From positions 1-62,452 of the forward strand of contig WHTE01000001.1 of assembly GCA_009377845.1 (NCBI GenBank): a stretch of 62,452 nucleotides of DNA, given 5' to 3'. Positions within the stretch are counted from its first letter, which is position 1; every line of letters starts with the position of its first letter. Below, one piece after another: positions 1 to 8,143 of the stretch. The stretch is from Nitrospirales bacterium. Its GTDB lineage: Bacteria > Nitrospirota > Nitrospiria > Nitrospirales > UBA8639. The translations under genes were made by a program, and so were the position numbers. The notes beneath the pieces are model-generated. The model had not been told where the DNA came from. It was given only the letters and a program-made list of their open reading frames with translations, and searched no databases.

Positions 1-689
1 CGGATTGCAATTCGAAATAACTGTGAACCCCGTATTCTTAAGGTATGCCCGCTGGAATCGAGTACTGATTGAGACAAGGGCTGACGAGAACCACCTCCGG
101 AAATCTTGACCAGATCATGATAATTCCCGTCGGCATGTATTCGAATGCTGACGATTCCAACGTCGGAACTTGTCGATCGCTCTAAAATAGCGGCACCTGC
201 GCCATCGCCAAATAAAATGGCTGTGCTCAGATCCTTGAAATCCAAGGTGCGGGATTTTATTTCTGAAGCCACCACGAGACATCGCCGAAACTGTCCGGCT
301 CGAATAAAACAATCCGCCATTGAAAGGCCATAGAGGAACCCGGAACAAGAGGCTGAGAGATCAAATGCAGGGATGCCCTTAATACCCAAACGTGCTTGAA
401 GAAGGCAGGCTGTGGAGGGAAAAATCATATCAGGAGAAGTGGAGGAGACCAGAATGGCGTCAAGATCTTCCGGTGCCAACCCGGCTTGATCTAAGGCCAT
501 TCGCGTGGCCTGCTCCGCCAGGAATGAGCATTCCTCCTGGGATTCAGCCCAGAACCGGGCTCGGATACCTGATACTCGAAAAATATACGACGGCTCAATT
601 CCCAAGAGATCGGCCACCTCTTGGTTCTCAACTCGCCGAAACGGGAGATAGGAGCCGGTTCCCACAATCCTGGATACGCTGCCATTCAT
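1..689 (-). CDS. fabH: 3-oxoacyl-ACP synthase III (partial, runs off the left edge)
   Basis: Absent from the ORF track; translated by hand from ATG at 689: MNGSVSRIVGTGSYLP...FPSTAC...AFDLSASCSGFLYGL (catalytic Cys motif)...TAILFGDGAGA. Confidence 0.9.
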   Translation of the reverse strand, partial: MNGSVSRIVGTGSYLPFRRVENQEVADLLGIEPSYIFRVSGIRARFWAESQEECSFLAEQATRMALDQAGLAPEDLDAILVSSTSPDMIFPSTACLLQARLGIKGIPAFDLSASCSGFLYGLSMADCFIRAGQFRRCLVVASEIKSRTLDFKDLSTAILFGDGAGAAILERSTSSDVGIVSIRIHADGNYHDLVKISGGGSRQPLSQSVLDSSGHTLRIRGSQLFRIAI

Positions 690-923
690 GGCATGCTACC
701 TATTGGATGAATTCAAAAATTCATTTACTGGAATACAAGTAAAGTGGTTCATTCGTACCACACACAGTGGCAAAAGTGAGACAGGTCGTAATAATTTTTT
801 TTAACGCAGTCGTAACATTTAAGAATTTCTTTTATTGGACCGAATCTTGTATACGTCCAGGCTAATTAGTATCTCTTCTATCGACGTCCATATCACCATT
901 CCACTGTCTGGAGTAACTCGTCT

Positions 924-1946
924 GTGAAAGTTTCCACCGATTATCGATTTATTTTGATCCTTACCACTACGATTCTTGTATATTTTGCTGGTTGCTCCTC
1001 GACACCCAAGCCTGCCGACACGGCATCGAAAAAAGAAGTCTCGTCAACGGACGAACAAATCTTCGTAGGCGATTCCTTAGAAATGAGTTACGACCCGAAC
1101 GTCATCATGAAACGCGCCGAATCCTTTTTTGATAAGGAATCCTATGCGGAAGCCATCGTGGAATACAAACATTTTCTCGACCTTCACCGAAATCATATAC
1201 TGGCACCCTATGCCCAATACAAAATCGGGGTCAGCCATTTCAAACAATACCGGACCGTCGACCGGGACCCGGAACCCCTCAACCAATCCATTCAGAGTTT
1301 CGACAAGCTACTTCAGGAATTTCCCGCGAGCCGGTATGAAGCAGAAGCGAAGCAAACCATCCTCACTTGTAAGGAACAATTGGCTCAGCGACACTTGATG
1401 GTGGGGCAGTTCTACCTCCGCCGAGGTTCGTATCTCGCTGCCGCGCATCGGTTCGAAAAGGTCATCAAAGAGTTCCCTGAATTAGAAAGTGCCGGGGATG
1501 CCATGTTCCATCTGGCGAAAACCTACCAGGACCTTGGTGTCGAAGAATGGACGCAGGAGTGGTTAATCGCCCTGGTCAATGAACATCCCAACAATCCATA
1601 CCACTCAAACGGGCAAAAACTCCTGGCAAAACTCCAAAAGAACAATCCGACCCTTCTGGCTTCCCTTCCCGACAGCCCATCCGAGAATGGTGGCACCCCC
1701 ATTCATCAATCCTCTTCAGAAACAATATCCTCCAATCAGGAGTCCCCATTGTTTTCCTATGCCGGAATCCTTCCAACAGCATCTACGCCAGCCACGCTGA
1801 ATGCCTCAACAACTACCGAGCCCCTTCCTTCCCACGCATCCTGTGCGATCGGAACCTGGTGTGACTCGCGATCCGCCTCAGTCACGAAAACTCCCACGCA
1901 ATTATCGAGTAACGCCAAATCCTGCAAAACCGGTGAGTGGTGCTAA
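924..1946 (+). CDS. bamD: Outer membrane protein assembly factor BamD (TPR lipoprotein) with a low-complexity, Cys-containing C-terminal tail
   Basis: Lipobox FAGC; TPR helices; DRDP and FYLRRGSYLAAAHRF motifs typical of BamD/YfiO. Confidence 0.85.
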   Translation: MKVSTDYRFILILTTTILVYFAGCSSTPKPADTASKKEVSSTDEQIFVGDSLEMSYDPNVIMKRAESFFDKESYAEAIVEYKHFLDLHRNHILAPYAQYKIGVSHFKQYRTVDRDPEPLNQSIQSFDKLLQEFPASRYEAEAKQTILTCKEQLAQRHLMVGQFYLRRGSYLAAAHRFEKVIKEFPELESAGDAMFHLAKTYQDLGVEEWTQEWLIALVNEHPNNPYHSNGQKLLAKLQKNNPTLLASLPDSPSENGGTPIHQSSSETISSNQESPLFSYAGILPTASTPATLNASTTTEPLPSHASCAIGTWCDSRSASVTKTPTQLSSNAKSCKTGEWC

Positions 1947-2113
1947 CCCGCCGTCCTTATTAATTTTTTGGAACGTCCTTTTCTCGAAAAGATTGCCCGG
2001 TGACTCCCGGCATTGAGATCTTACTTGACAGACCAGACGTTTTTATTGGGAGTAGATAGCGGATTCGAAGTAGAAATTCATAAAACAGGATACATCAGGT
2101 CAGTCAGCCCGGC

Positions 2114-2863
2114 CTATTGACCGATGTACCACCCGATACCGTAACGTTCAAGAAAACTGGTAATAAGCGTCATGGAATCCGCATAAATCATTACGCCGAC
2201 TACCACCAACAACCCGCCACTGATAACCGACACCCCGCCTAAATAGGTCCGCAGGCTTTTGAAGTAGCTTAAAAACGTATCCATCCCAAACGCGGTAAGA
2301 AAAAACGGGAGACCCAGGCCTAAAGAATAGGCCGACAGCAGCATGACACCACTCGACATGGATTCCGTCATACTGGCATAGGCCAGAATGGCCCCCAACA
2401 CCGGCCCCACGCATGGGGTCCAGCCCGCCGCAAATGCCGTCCCAATCAAAAAGGAACCCAGGTAGCCGACAGGACGCGTCTCGAAATGCATCAAGCGCCG
2501 TTCGGTCATAAAAAAGTTCAATTTCAAAATCCCAAGCAAATACATCCCGAAAATAATAATCAAAACACCCCCAACTTTCCGGATGACATCTTGATAGTCA
2601 TACAACAATTGCCCTATCAGACTGGCCGACGCCCCGAAAGCAATAAAAACCACGGAAAACCCGGCAATAAACAACAGGGAATTGAGAATAATCGCGGATT
2701 TAAACCTCGCTCGTTCTTCGACCTTCGCCAGATTTTCTACAGACAGCCCGGTGATATAGGACAGATAGGAAGGGACGAGTGGAAGAACGCAGGGAGACAC
2801 AAAGGACAACAGCCCTGCACTAAACGCGGCAAATAAGGAAACTTGGGTAATCGAATCGAACAT
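2114..2863 (-). CDS. ccdA: Cytochrome c biogenesis protein CcdA (DsbD transmembrane domain)
   Basis: SFVSPCVLPLVP and GWTPCVGP motifs; about 6 TM helices. Confidence 0.92.
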   Translation of the reverse strand: MFDSITQVSLFAAFSAGLLSFVSPCVLPLVPSYLSYITGLSVENLAKVEERARFKSAIILNSLLFIAGFSVVFIAFGASASLIGQLLYDYQDVIRKVGGVLIIIFGMYLLGILKLNFFMTERRLMHFETRPVGYLGSFLIGTAFAAGWTPCVGPVLGAILAYASMTESMSSGVMLLSAYSLGLGLPFFLTAFGMDTFLSYFKSLRTYLGGVSVISGGLLVVVGVMIYADSMTLITSFLERYGIGWYIGQ

Positions 2864-2870
2864 GATCTCG

Positions 2871-3491
2871 TTACATTCGTTGGGAAGGCTCTTGGATCAG
2901 CTCTTGGAGTACCTCGGCGATTCCCCTGCGACCCTCGGGACTATTCCAATCACGGGCACCGAACACCAGCTGTCTGATGACTCCTCGACGATCAATCGCG
3001 AAGGTCATCGGGAGGGTGCGTGCGCCATAGGTCAGCCCCACCTGATAATCCTCATCATGCAAGATGGGAAAACTCAAGCCCATGGCTTCTTGAAAAGGCC
3101 GAGTCACTGCCGTGCCTTGTTGGTCAACCGAAATTGCGATGATTTCCAACCCCTTCGATTGCGTACTGCGATACAAGGCTTCCATGGCGGGCATTTCAAT
3201 CCGGCACGGACCACACCATGTCGCCCAGAAATTAAGAAGGACCACTTTCCCTTGATAATCGGAAAGCGAAACGGCCCTTCCATGTAAATCCATCAGACGA
3301 AAATCTGGGGCGAAAGATCCTATCGAGGGACGTCCTTGATAGGCCACGGAACGGGGAGGTGGTGCATCAGGGTTAGGACTTTTAGAATAACCGGAATCGC
3401 AACCCAGGATGGTGCACAGAACCCCAATCCCACTCAAAACCAATCCCGGTTTCGATATAGTATTGAATGTGACCATCAACACAGACATCAT
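2871..3491 (-). CDS. TlpA/ResA-family thiol-disulfide oxidoreductase
   Basis: APDF...LNFWATWCGPCRIEMP; N-terminal anchor or lipobox; directly upstream of ccdA. Confidence 0.9.
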   Translation of the reverse strand: MMSVLMVTFNTISKPGLVLSGIGVLCTILGCDSGYSKSPNPDAPPPRSVAYQGRPSIGSFAPDFRLMDLHGRAVSLSDYQGKVVLLNFWATWCGPCRIEMPAMEALYRSTQSKGLEIIAISVDQQGTAVTRPFQEAMGLSFPILHDEDYQVGLTYGARTLPMTFAIDRRGVIRQLVFGARDWNSPEGRRGIAEVLQELIQEPSQRM

Positions 3492-3661
3492 TGGAAATGT
3501 TCTTACGAAAGGTTCCTAAAGAAAGGGCAAAACAGAATACATGTCACACTACCAGCAAAAGCCTCACACGTGCATCATAAGACCCTATGAATTTTATCGT
3601 CAACGAAACTTCGGCGATTACGTCAAACCACCCTCACGCCATTTGGTTTGCAATCTGCAAT

Positions 3662-3763
3662 CTAGGAGCCTGTCGGACTATGAAGAATCGGTTGAAAAAC
3701 TCATTTCCTGGAGGCTTGGAATATCCCAGGGTCTACATTAATTAATGTCGGGAAGTCAGACAG
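3662..3763. mobile_element. Degenerate or truncated MITE (family A), inverted relative to the copy at 3969
   Basis: Starts CTAG-GAGCCTGTCGGACT; ends in degenerate AGTCAGACAG; its left part resembles the reverse complement of the right end of 3969-4138. Confidence 0.55.
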
Positions 3764-3936
3764 TATGTTCAAAAAGCCATCCAGTCCTGCCCTGAGGCCT
3801 CTCGAAGGAAAGGCCGCAACAAGCGAAGTGGCTCAACCTCCTTTGTGCGGGACTTGGGTCCTCTGAGCGAGAAGAGAACATAGCTAACAGACACCCCGGC
3901 AAGACTCAGGACATGCTCTTTCATCCATCCTGCTAA
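3764..3936 (+). repeat. Intergenic palindromic repeat (family B)
   Basis: TGTTCAAAAAG..TCCAG..AAGGCCGCA..GCGAGAAGAGAAC..TTTCATCCATCC; similar to copies at 44893, 52611 and 60537. Confidence 0.65.
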
Positions 3937-3968
3937 ATTCCTAGACAACCTCCCGCACATTCCGTAGA

Positions 3969-4138
3969 CTAGGAGCCTGTCGGACTTAGGGAATCGAGAG
4001 CGAAAAAGCGGCTGAGCGAGGCCAGATTATGACGATTTCGCCCGCCCATAGTGGGACTATGGGTCCAAGAAAGCGGCGAAATATGGACCGCTTAGACACT
4101 TTTGCAGCCGATTCTTCCTGAGTCCGACAGGTTCCTAG
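3969..4138. mobile_element. 170-bp MITE (family A) with 15-bp terminal inverted repeats and flanking CTAG
   Basis: CTAG GAGCCTGTCGGACT ... AGTCCGACAGGTTC CTAG; no coding capacity. Confidence 0.75.
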
Positions 4139-4172
4139 GCGGCTAACCTTCCCAAGTCTATTTTACCATGAC

Positions 4173-4847
4173 ATGATCGCCATTCAGGTCAACAGCCTTT
4201 CCAAAGCCTACGGATTCTATCGCATTTTTGAGGACCTGTCGTTTGACATTCATCCGGGAGAGTGTTTTGCCTTATTTGGACCCAACGGAGCGGGGAAAAC
4301 CACGTTGCTCCGTATTTTAGCCACTCTCCAAACGCCTTCTAGTGGACAGTTTACCATTTTTGGCCAGGATGGCGTTGCACAAAAGGACGCCGTTCGAGAA
4401 ACCATCATGCTCATCGCCCATGGCTCCCATTTATACGATGAACTCAGTGCAACCGAGAATCTCCAATTTGCTTTGGGCCTGCGTGGGCAATCCCCTTCCC
4501 CGCCTCAGATGAAACGTGCTCTGGATCGAACGGGAATCGGAGCCTTTACCGACTTAAAAATTCGTCAATTTTCAGCCGGGATGAAAAAGCGGTTAGATCT
4601 CGCCAAAGTGATCCTGTCCCAACCACAGCTTCTTCTGCTCGACGAGCCCTACAACGCCTTGGACCATTCAGGCGTCGCCCTCACAAACCAGCTCATTCAA
4701 GAAACGCTGGACCGTGGAGGAACGGTCTTCATGACCACTCATGACCGTGACAAGGCCACACAGATCGCCACCAGGGGAGGCATTCTCCAAGGCGGACACC
4801 TTCAACTCATCTCCACTGAGCAATTGACCACGGATGCCATTTTTTAA
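4173..4847 (+). CDS. ccmA: Heme ABC exporter ATP-binding protein CcmA
   Basis: Walker A GPNGAGKTT, FSAGMKKR signature, LLLLDEP; overlaps ccmB. Confidence 0.92.
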   Translation: MIAIQVNSLSKAYGFYRIFEDLSFDIHPGECFALFGPNGAGKTTLLRILATLQTPSSGQFTIFGQDGVAQKDAVRETIMLIAHGSHLYDELSATENLQFALGLRGQSPSPPQMKRALDRTGIGAFTDLKIRQFSAGMKKRLDLAKVILSQPQLLLLDEPYNALDHSGVALTNQLIQETLDRGGTVFMTTHDRDKATQIATRGGILQGGHLQLISTEQLTTDAIF

Positions 4848-5511
4848 AACGATTCGCTGGGTCGTATGGAAGGACCTGATCAGCGAATGGCGCACACGGG
4901 AAACTATGTCGTCCATGCTGTTCTTTGCTCTCATTGTCATTCTGGTGTTTAGCTTCAGCTTTTCCATGGACCAGGATGCGGCACGCCAACTGATTGCTGG
5001 GATTATTTGGGTCGCCTTTACCTTTACCGGGATTATCGGATTAGGGAAATCATTTACCTCGGAATTGCAAAACGATTGCCTGGAGTCCTTGCAAATGAGC
5101 CCAGTTCCCAAGGGGGCCATTTACCTCGGAAAAGTCACGGCCAATTTTCTCTTCATGCTTTCAGTCGAAATTCTCTTATTCCCCTTATTCGTCTTATTCT
5201 TTAATCTGGATGTCATTGAAGCGGTTGGAACCCTTTTGATAATATTTTTTCTGGCGACCTTAGGGTTATCTGCAGTCGGAACGCTCTTTTCGGCCTTAAC
5301 CGTGCAGATTCGGGCCCGTGAAGTAATGCTCCCTGTGCTGCTCCTCCCGCTTGCGGTTCCGGTCATGATCGCGGCCGTGGAAGCCACGCGAGGAGCCTTA
5401 AACGGAGATCCGTTTTCCTTTTATTCTCAATGGATCCACCTCCTGGTCATCTTTGACATTATTTTCACCGTCGTCTCATTCTGGTTATTTGAATTCATTT
5501 TAGACTCATAA
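4834..5511 (+). CDS. ccmB: Heme exporter permease CcmB
   Basis: WKDLxxEWR start, LPVLLLPLAVP motif, about 6 TM helices. Confidence 0.92.
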   Translation: MPFFKTIRWVVWKDLISEWRTRETMSSMLFFALIVILVFSFSFSMDQDAARQLIAGIIWVAFTFTGIIGLGKSFTSELQNDCLESLQMSPVPKGAIYLGKVTANFLFMLSVEILLFPLFVLFFNLDVIEAVGTLLIIFFLATLGLSAVGTLFSALTVQIRAREVMLPVLLLPLAVPVMIAAVEATRGALNGDPFSFYSQWIHLLVIFDIIFTVVSFWLFEFILDS

Positions 5512-5584
5512 AACTTCTAGACATCTCATTTTCTTTTGACGGAAACGGCCCAATATCCAAAGTGGTTATTGGGCAAGAGCGCAG

Positions 5585-6121
5585 ATGTACGAGGTATTCA
5601 TCCCTTTCATAGCATTCGCAGCTTTTGGATCATTCTTCCTTGCATTGACCGAGTCCATTGCAACTTTTGTATTCGCCCGGTGGAGTTATTGTTTAGGGCC
5701 GGTGGTCCTCCGGAAAACTATCCCAGGTCCCCTCGAATCTCTTCTAGTTGGAAAATCAATTCAGACAAGTTCTGGAAAGGCAAAGGTCGTCGGCACTCAA
5801 AAGGTACTGTTCCGCCACAAAAGCCGTCTCTTTTCTATTGCAACCCCATTTCCAATCAAATGTACTATGACACTCGGCGACAATCCGGCTGTCATAGGTC
5901 GTATTCCGCTTGGAACTGTGTGTTTTTTCGGGTTCTGGCTACTTGGTTGGTCAGTCGGCTCATTTTTCCTTGAGCAACCTGCTATGTACCGGGCTGGCTC
6001 CTTCCTTTTCGGTTTGCTGTTTATGGTTTTCATGGTTGGCATCAGCCTTCCTGTAGAACTCCGTCGTGCGCGGCAGGTCCTACAGGAGCTCCGCCAAATT
6101 CTTGATAGGCCAACCATCTAA
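5585..6121 (+). CDS. Hypothetical membrane protein between ccmB and ccmC
   Basis: 178-aa ORF with an N-terminal hydrophobic segment and two C-terminal TM helices; no family recognised. Confidence 0.55.
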   Translation: MYEVFIPFIAFAAFGSFFLALTESIATFVFARWSYCLGPVVLRKTIPGPLESLLVGKSIQTSSGKAKVVGTQKVLFRHKSRLFSIATPFPIKCTMTLGDNPAVIGRIPLGTVCFFGFWLLGWSVGSFFLEQPAMYRAGSFLFGLLFMVFMVGISLPVELRRARQVLQELRQILDRPTI

Positions 6122-6442
6122 TCAGAGGCGACAAGGGACACTCCCAGCACCCCTTCATGGTCTTCTATTAGAATATGAGGAGTTAGACTCGAATTAAGTC
6201 CTAAAAGTCTAATTACAATTTACTCCCACAAACGAGAATCTAGAATTGTTGCGGCCCTTCAAATAGCCACTTGCCACTGGGGACATAAAAATTTGAACAC
6301 CCACCATTTCGATAAGGCACCTGATATTATCTGAGAATATCCACCATCTGAAATTTTAGTTATTAGAACTTTATTGCCCCATCCCTCAAACTCACATACT
6401 TGGGCTTTCGGCCCTTTCCTCCGTCGGGTTGCCCGTTTTACA

Positions 6443-7177
6443 ATGCAAAAGATGATCAATCGCATTATCCGACAGATCCAACGCTATAAGGGATGGTTTG
6501 GTGGAGCAGCCGCCATCTGCCTGTTTCTCGGACTGTATATGGGTCTCCTGGCCTCACCCCCTGATTATTATCAAGGTGAGCTTGTCAGGATTATGTATGT
6601 CCATGTTCCTCTGGCTCACACGAGCACGTTGGCCTATTCAGTCTTATTTGGCGGCAGCATCTGGTATTTGTGGAAACGAGATCCACTGGTGGATAACATG
6701 TGCCAGGCCTCAGCCAGTATTTGTGCCCTCTTTACGACCCTTGCCCTCATCACAGGATCGATTTGGGCCAAACCCACTTGGAATACCTGGTGGACCTGGG
6801 ACCCCCGACTCGTCTCCTTTACCGTGCTTCTCCTGATATTAGGAGGATACATCATGCTTCGACGACTCGTGGATGACCCAATCCGTGGAGGCCGATACGC
6901 CGCTATTCTGGCTATTGTGGGGGGCATCGATCTGCCGATTATTAAATTTTCGGTAGAATGGTGGAGAACGCTCCACCAACCCATGTCGTTTTCCACCAGA
7001 GGAGTGAGTATTTCAGAAGACATCCTCATTCCCTTGACATTGATGAGCATCGGATGCTGGTTGTTGTTTGCCTATATGGTGATGGTCCGGACCCAAATTT
7101 TGTACTTGACTGATTTATTGCATGCTAAAAAAGGCCGTTTGCTCAGTCAGACTCATTTTTCCCAGACCGCTCCATGA
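6443..7177 (+). CDS. ccmC: Heme exporter CcmC
   Basis: RIMYVHVP, WWD motif WAKPTWNTWWTWDPRL, WWRTLHQ; start placed at ATG 6443 (6452 also possible). Confidence 0.93.
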   Translation: MQKMINRIIRQIQRYKGWFGGAAAICLFLGLYMGLLASPPDYYQGELVRIMYVHVPLAHTSTLAYSVLFGGSIWYLWKRDPLVDNMCQASASICALFTTLALITGSIWAKPTWNTWWTWDPRLVSFTVLLLILGGYIMLRRLVDDPIRGGRYAAILAIVGGIDLPIIKFSVEWWRTLHQPMSFSTRGVSISEDILIPLTLMSIGCWLLFAYMVMVRTQILYLTDLLHAKKGRLLSQTHFSQTAP

Positions 7178-7686
7178 CCGGGTTATATACACGTTGGGCG
7201 ATGATTCTAGGGGCCACCCTCCTTCTAGCCAGCCTGACCTATCAGCACTACCAACAGCACTTATCCACACTGTCTGTGGGAACTCTGCTCGGCAGTCCTT
7301 CGGCCACTCAACCGGTCCGGATACAAGGTATGGTCAAAAGTGGTACCTTGAAGGGTGACGTGGAACATGGCCAAGCCACGTTTGAATTCGTGGACGGCTC
7401 AGCCGGTCTTTTTGTGGAATACCAGGGACCTTCACTGGAAAATATTCGCGAACTCAAAACACTGGTCCTAATCGGCCGCTGGGACAGCCAAGCGCAGATT
7501 TTCAGGGCGCAAGACACGGCGTTGATTCATAATTTTGGATTTGTGGCCGCCGCATACCTGATTTCCGTCATTGCCTTGGGGTGGATGGTATTTGCCATGA
7601 GCCAAAGAGTCATGGTTTTATTTAAAGAGATCAAAGAATCCAAACTCTACGAACCAGAGGCAGACTCCCTTGGGCACAAAGAATAA
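7174..7686 (+). CDS. CcmE-like OB-fold domain apparently fused to a C-terminal CcmD-like helix
   Basis: VRIQGMVKSGTL...FEFVDG...VEYQG resembles the adjacent CcmE; C-terminal FGFVAAAYLISVIALGWM resembles CcmD; occupies the ccmD position. Confidence 0.65.
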   Translation: MTGLYTRWAMILGATLLLASLTYQHYQQHLSTLSVGTLLGSPSATQPVRIQGMVKSGTLKGDVEHGQATFEFVDGSAGLFVEYQGPSLENIRELKTLVLIGRWDSQAQIFRAQDTALIHNFGFVAAAYLISVIALGWMVFAMSQRVMVLFKEIKESKLYEPEADSLGHKE

Positions 7687-8125
7687 AAAAATTGCGATTG
7701 TCGTCAGCATCCTGTTGATTGCCGGCTCGCTGGGATATCTCGCGTTTGGGAATTTCGGGGAAAATATCGTGTACTTCGTCACCCCCTCGGAAGTCAAAGC
7801 CTTTACGGCGGAAGCCTATACCAAAAAAGTTCGGGTGGGCGGCATGGTGGTCAAAGGCAGCCTCAAAACCCAACCCGAGCCTGTGGGTCTCACATTTGAG
7901 CTCACAGACGGCGCTGCCACCATTCCCGTCGCGTTCCAGGGCATTCCTCCAGACCTGTTCAAAGAAGGACAAGGAGCCGTTGTAGAAGGCCAATGGCGAG
8001 ACGGCCAAACCTTTCATTCCACGATGATCATGGCCAAACACTCCGAGGACTACATGCCCATGGAACTCAAACGAGCTGGCGTGGAACTCCCCAAAAAAGA
8101 TTTCATGAAAACTCTCTCACCTTAA
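7670..8125 (+). CDS. ccmE: Heme chaperone CcmE
   Basis: VRVGGMV, PDLFKEGQG, heme-binding AKHSEDY (HxxxY). Confidence 0.95.
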   Translation: MGTKNKKIAIVVSILLIAGSLGYLAFGNFGENIVYFVTPSEVKAFTAEAYTKKVRVGGMVVKGSLKTQPEPVGLTFELTDGAATIPVAFQGIPPDLFKEGQGAVVEGQWRDGQTFHSTMIMAKHSEDYMPMELKRAGVELPKKDFMKTLSP

Positions 8126-8143
8126 GCCTGTTCGCCATTCTCC

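Noticed and set aside
115-742. Track ORFs 115-348, 145-333, 392-742 and 491-685
   Set aside because: Shadow frames of the minus-strand fabH that runs off the window.
3662-4138. CRISPR array
   Set aside because: The repeats are inverted termini of MITE-like elements, not regularly spaced direct repeats, and no cas genes are present.
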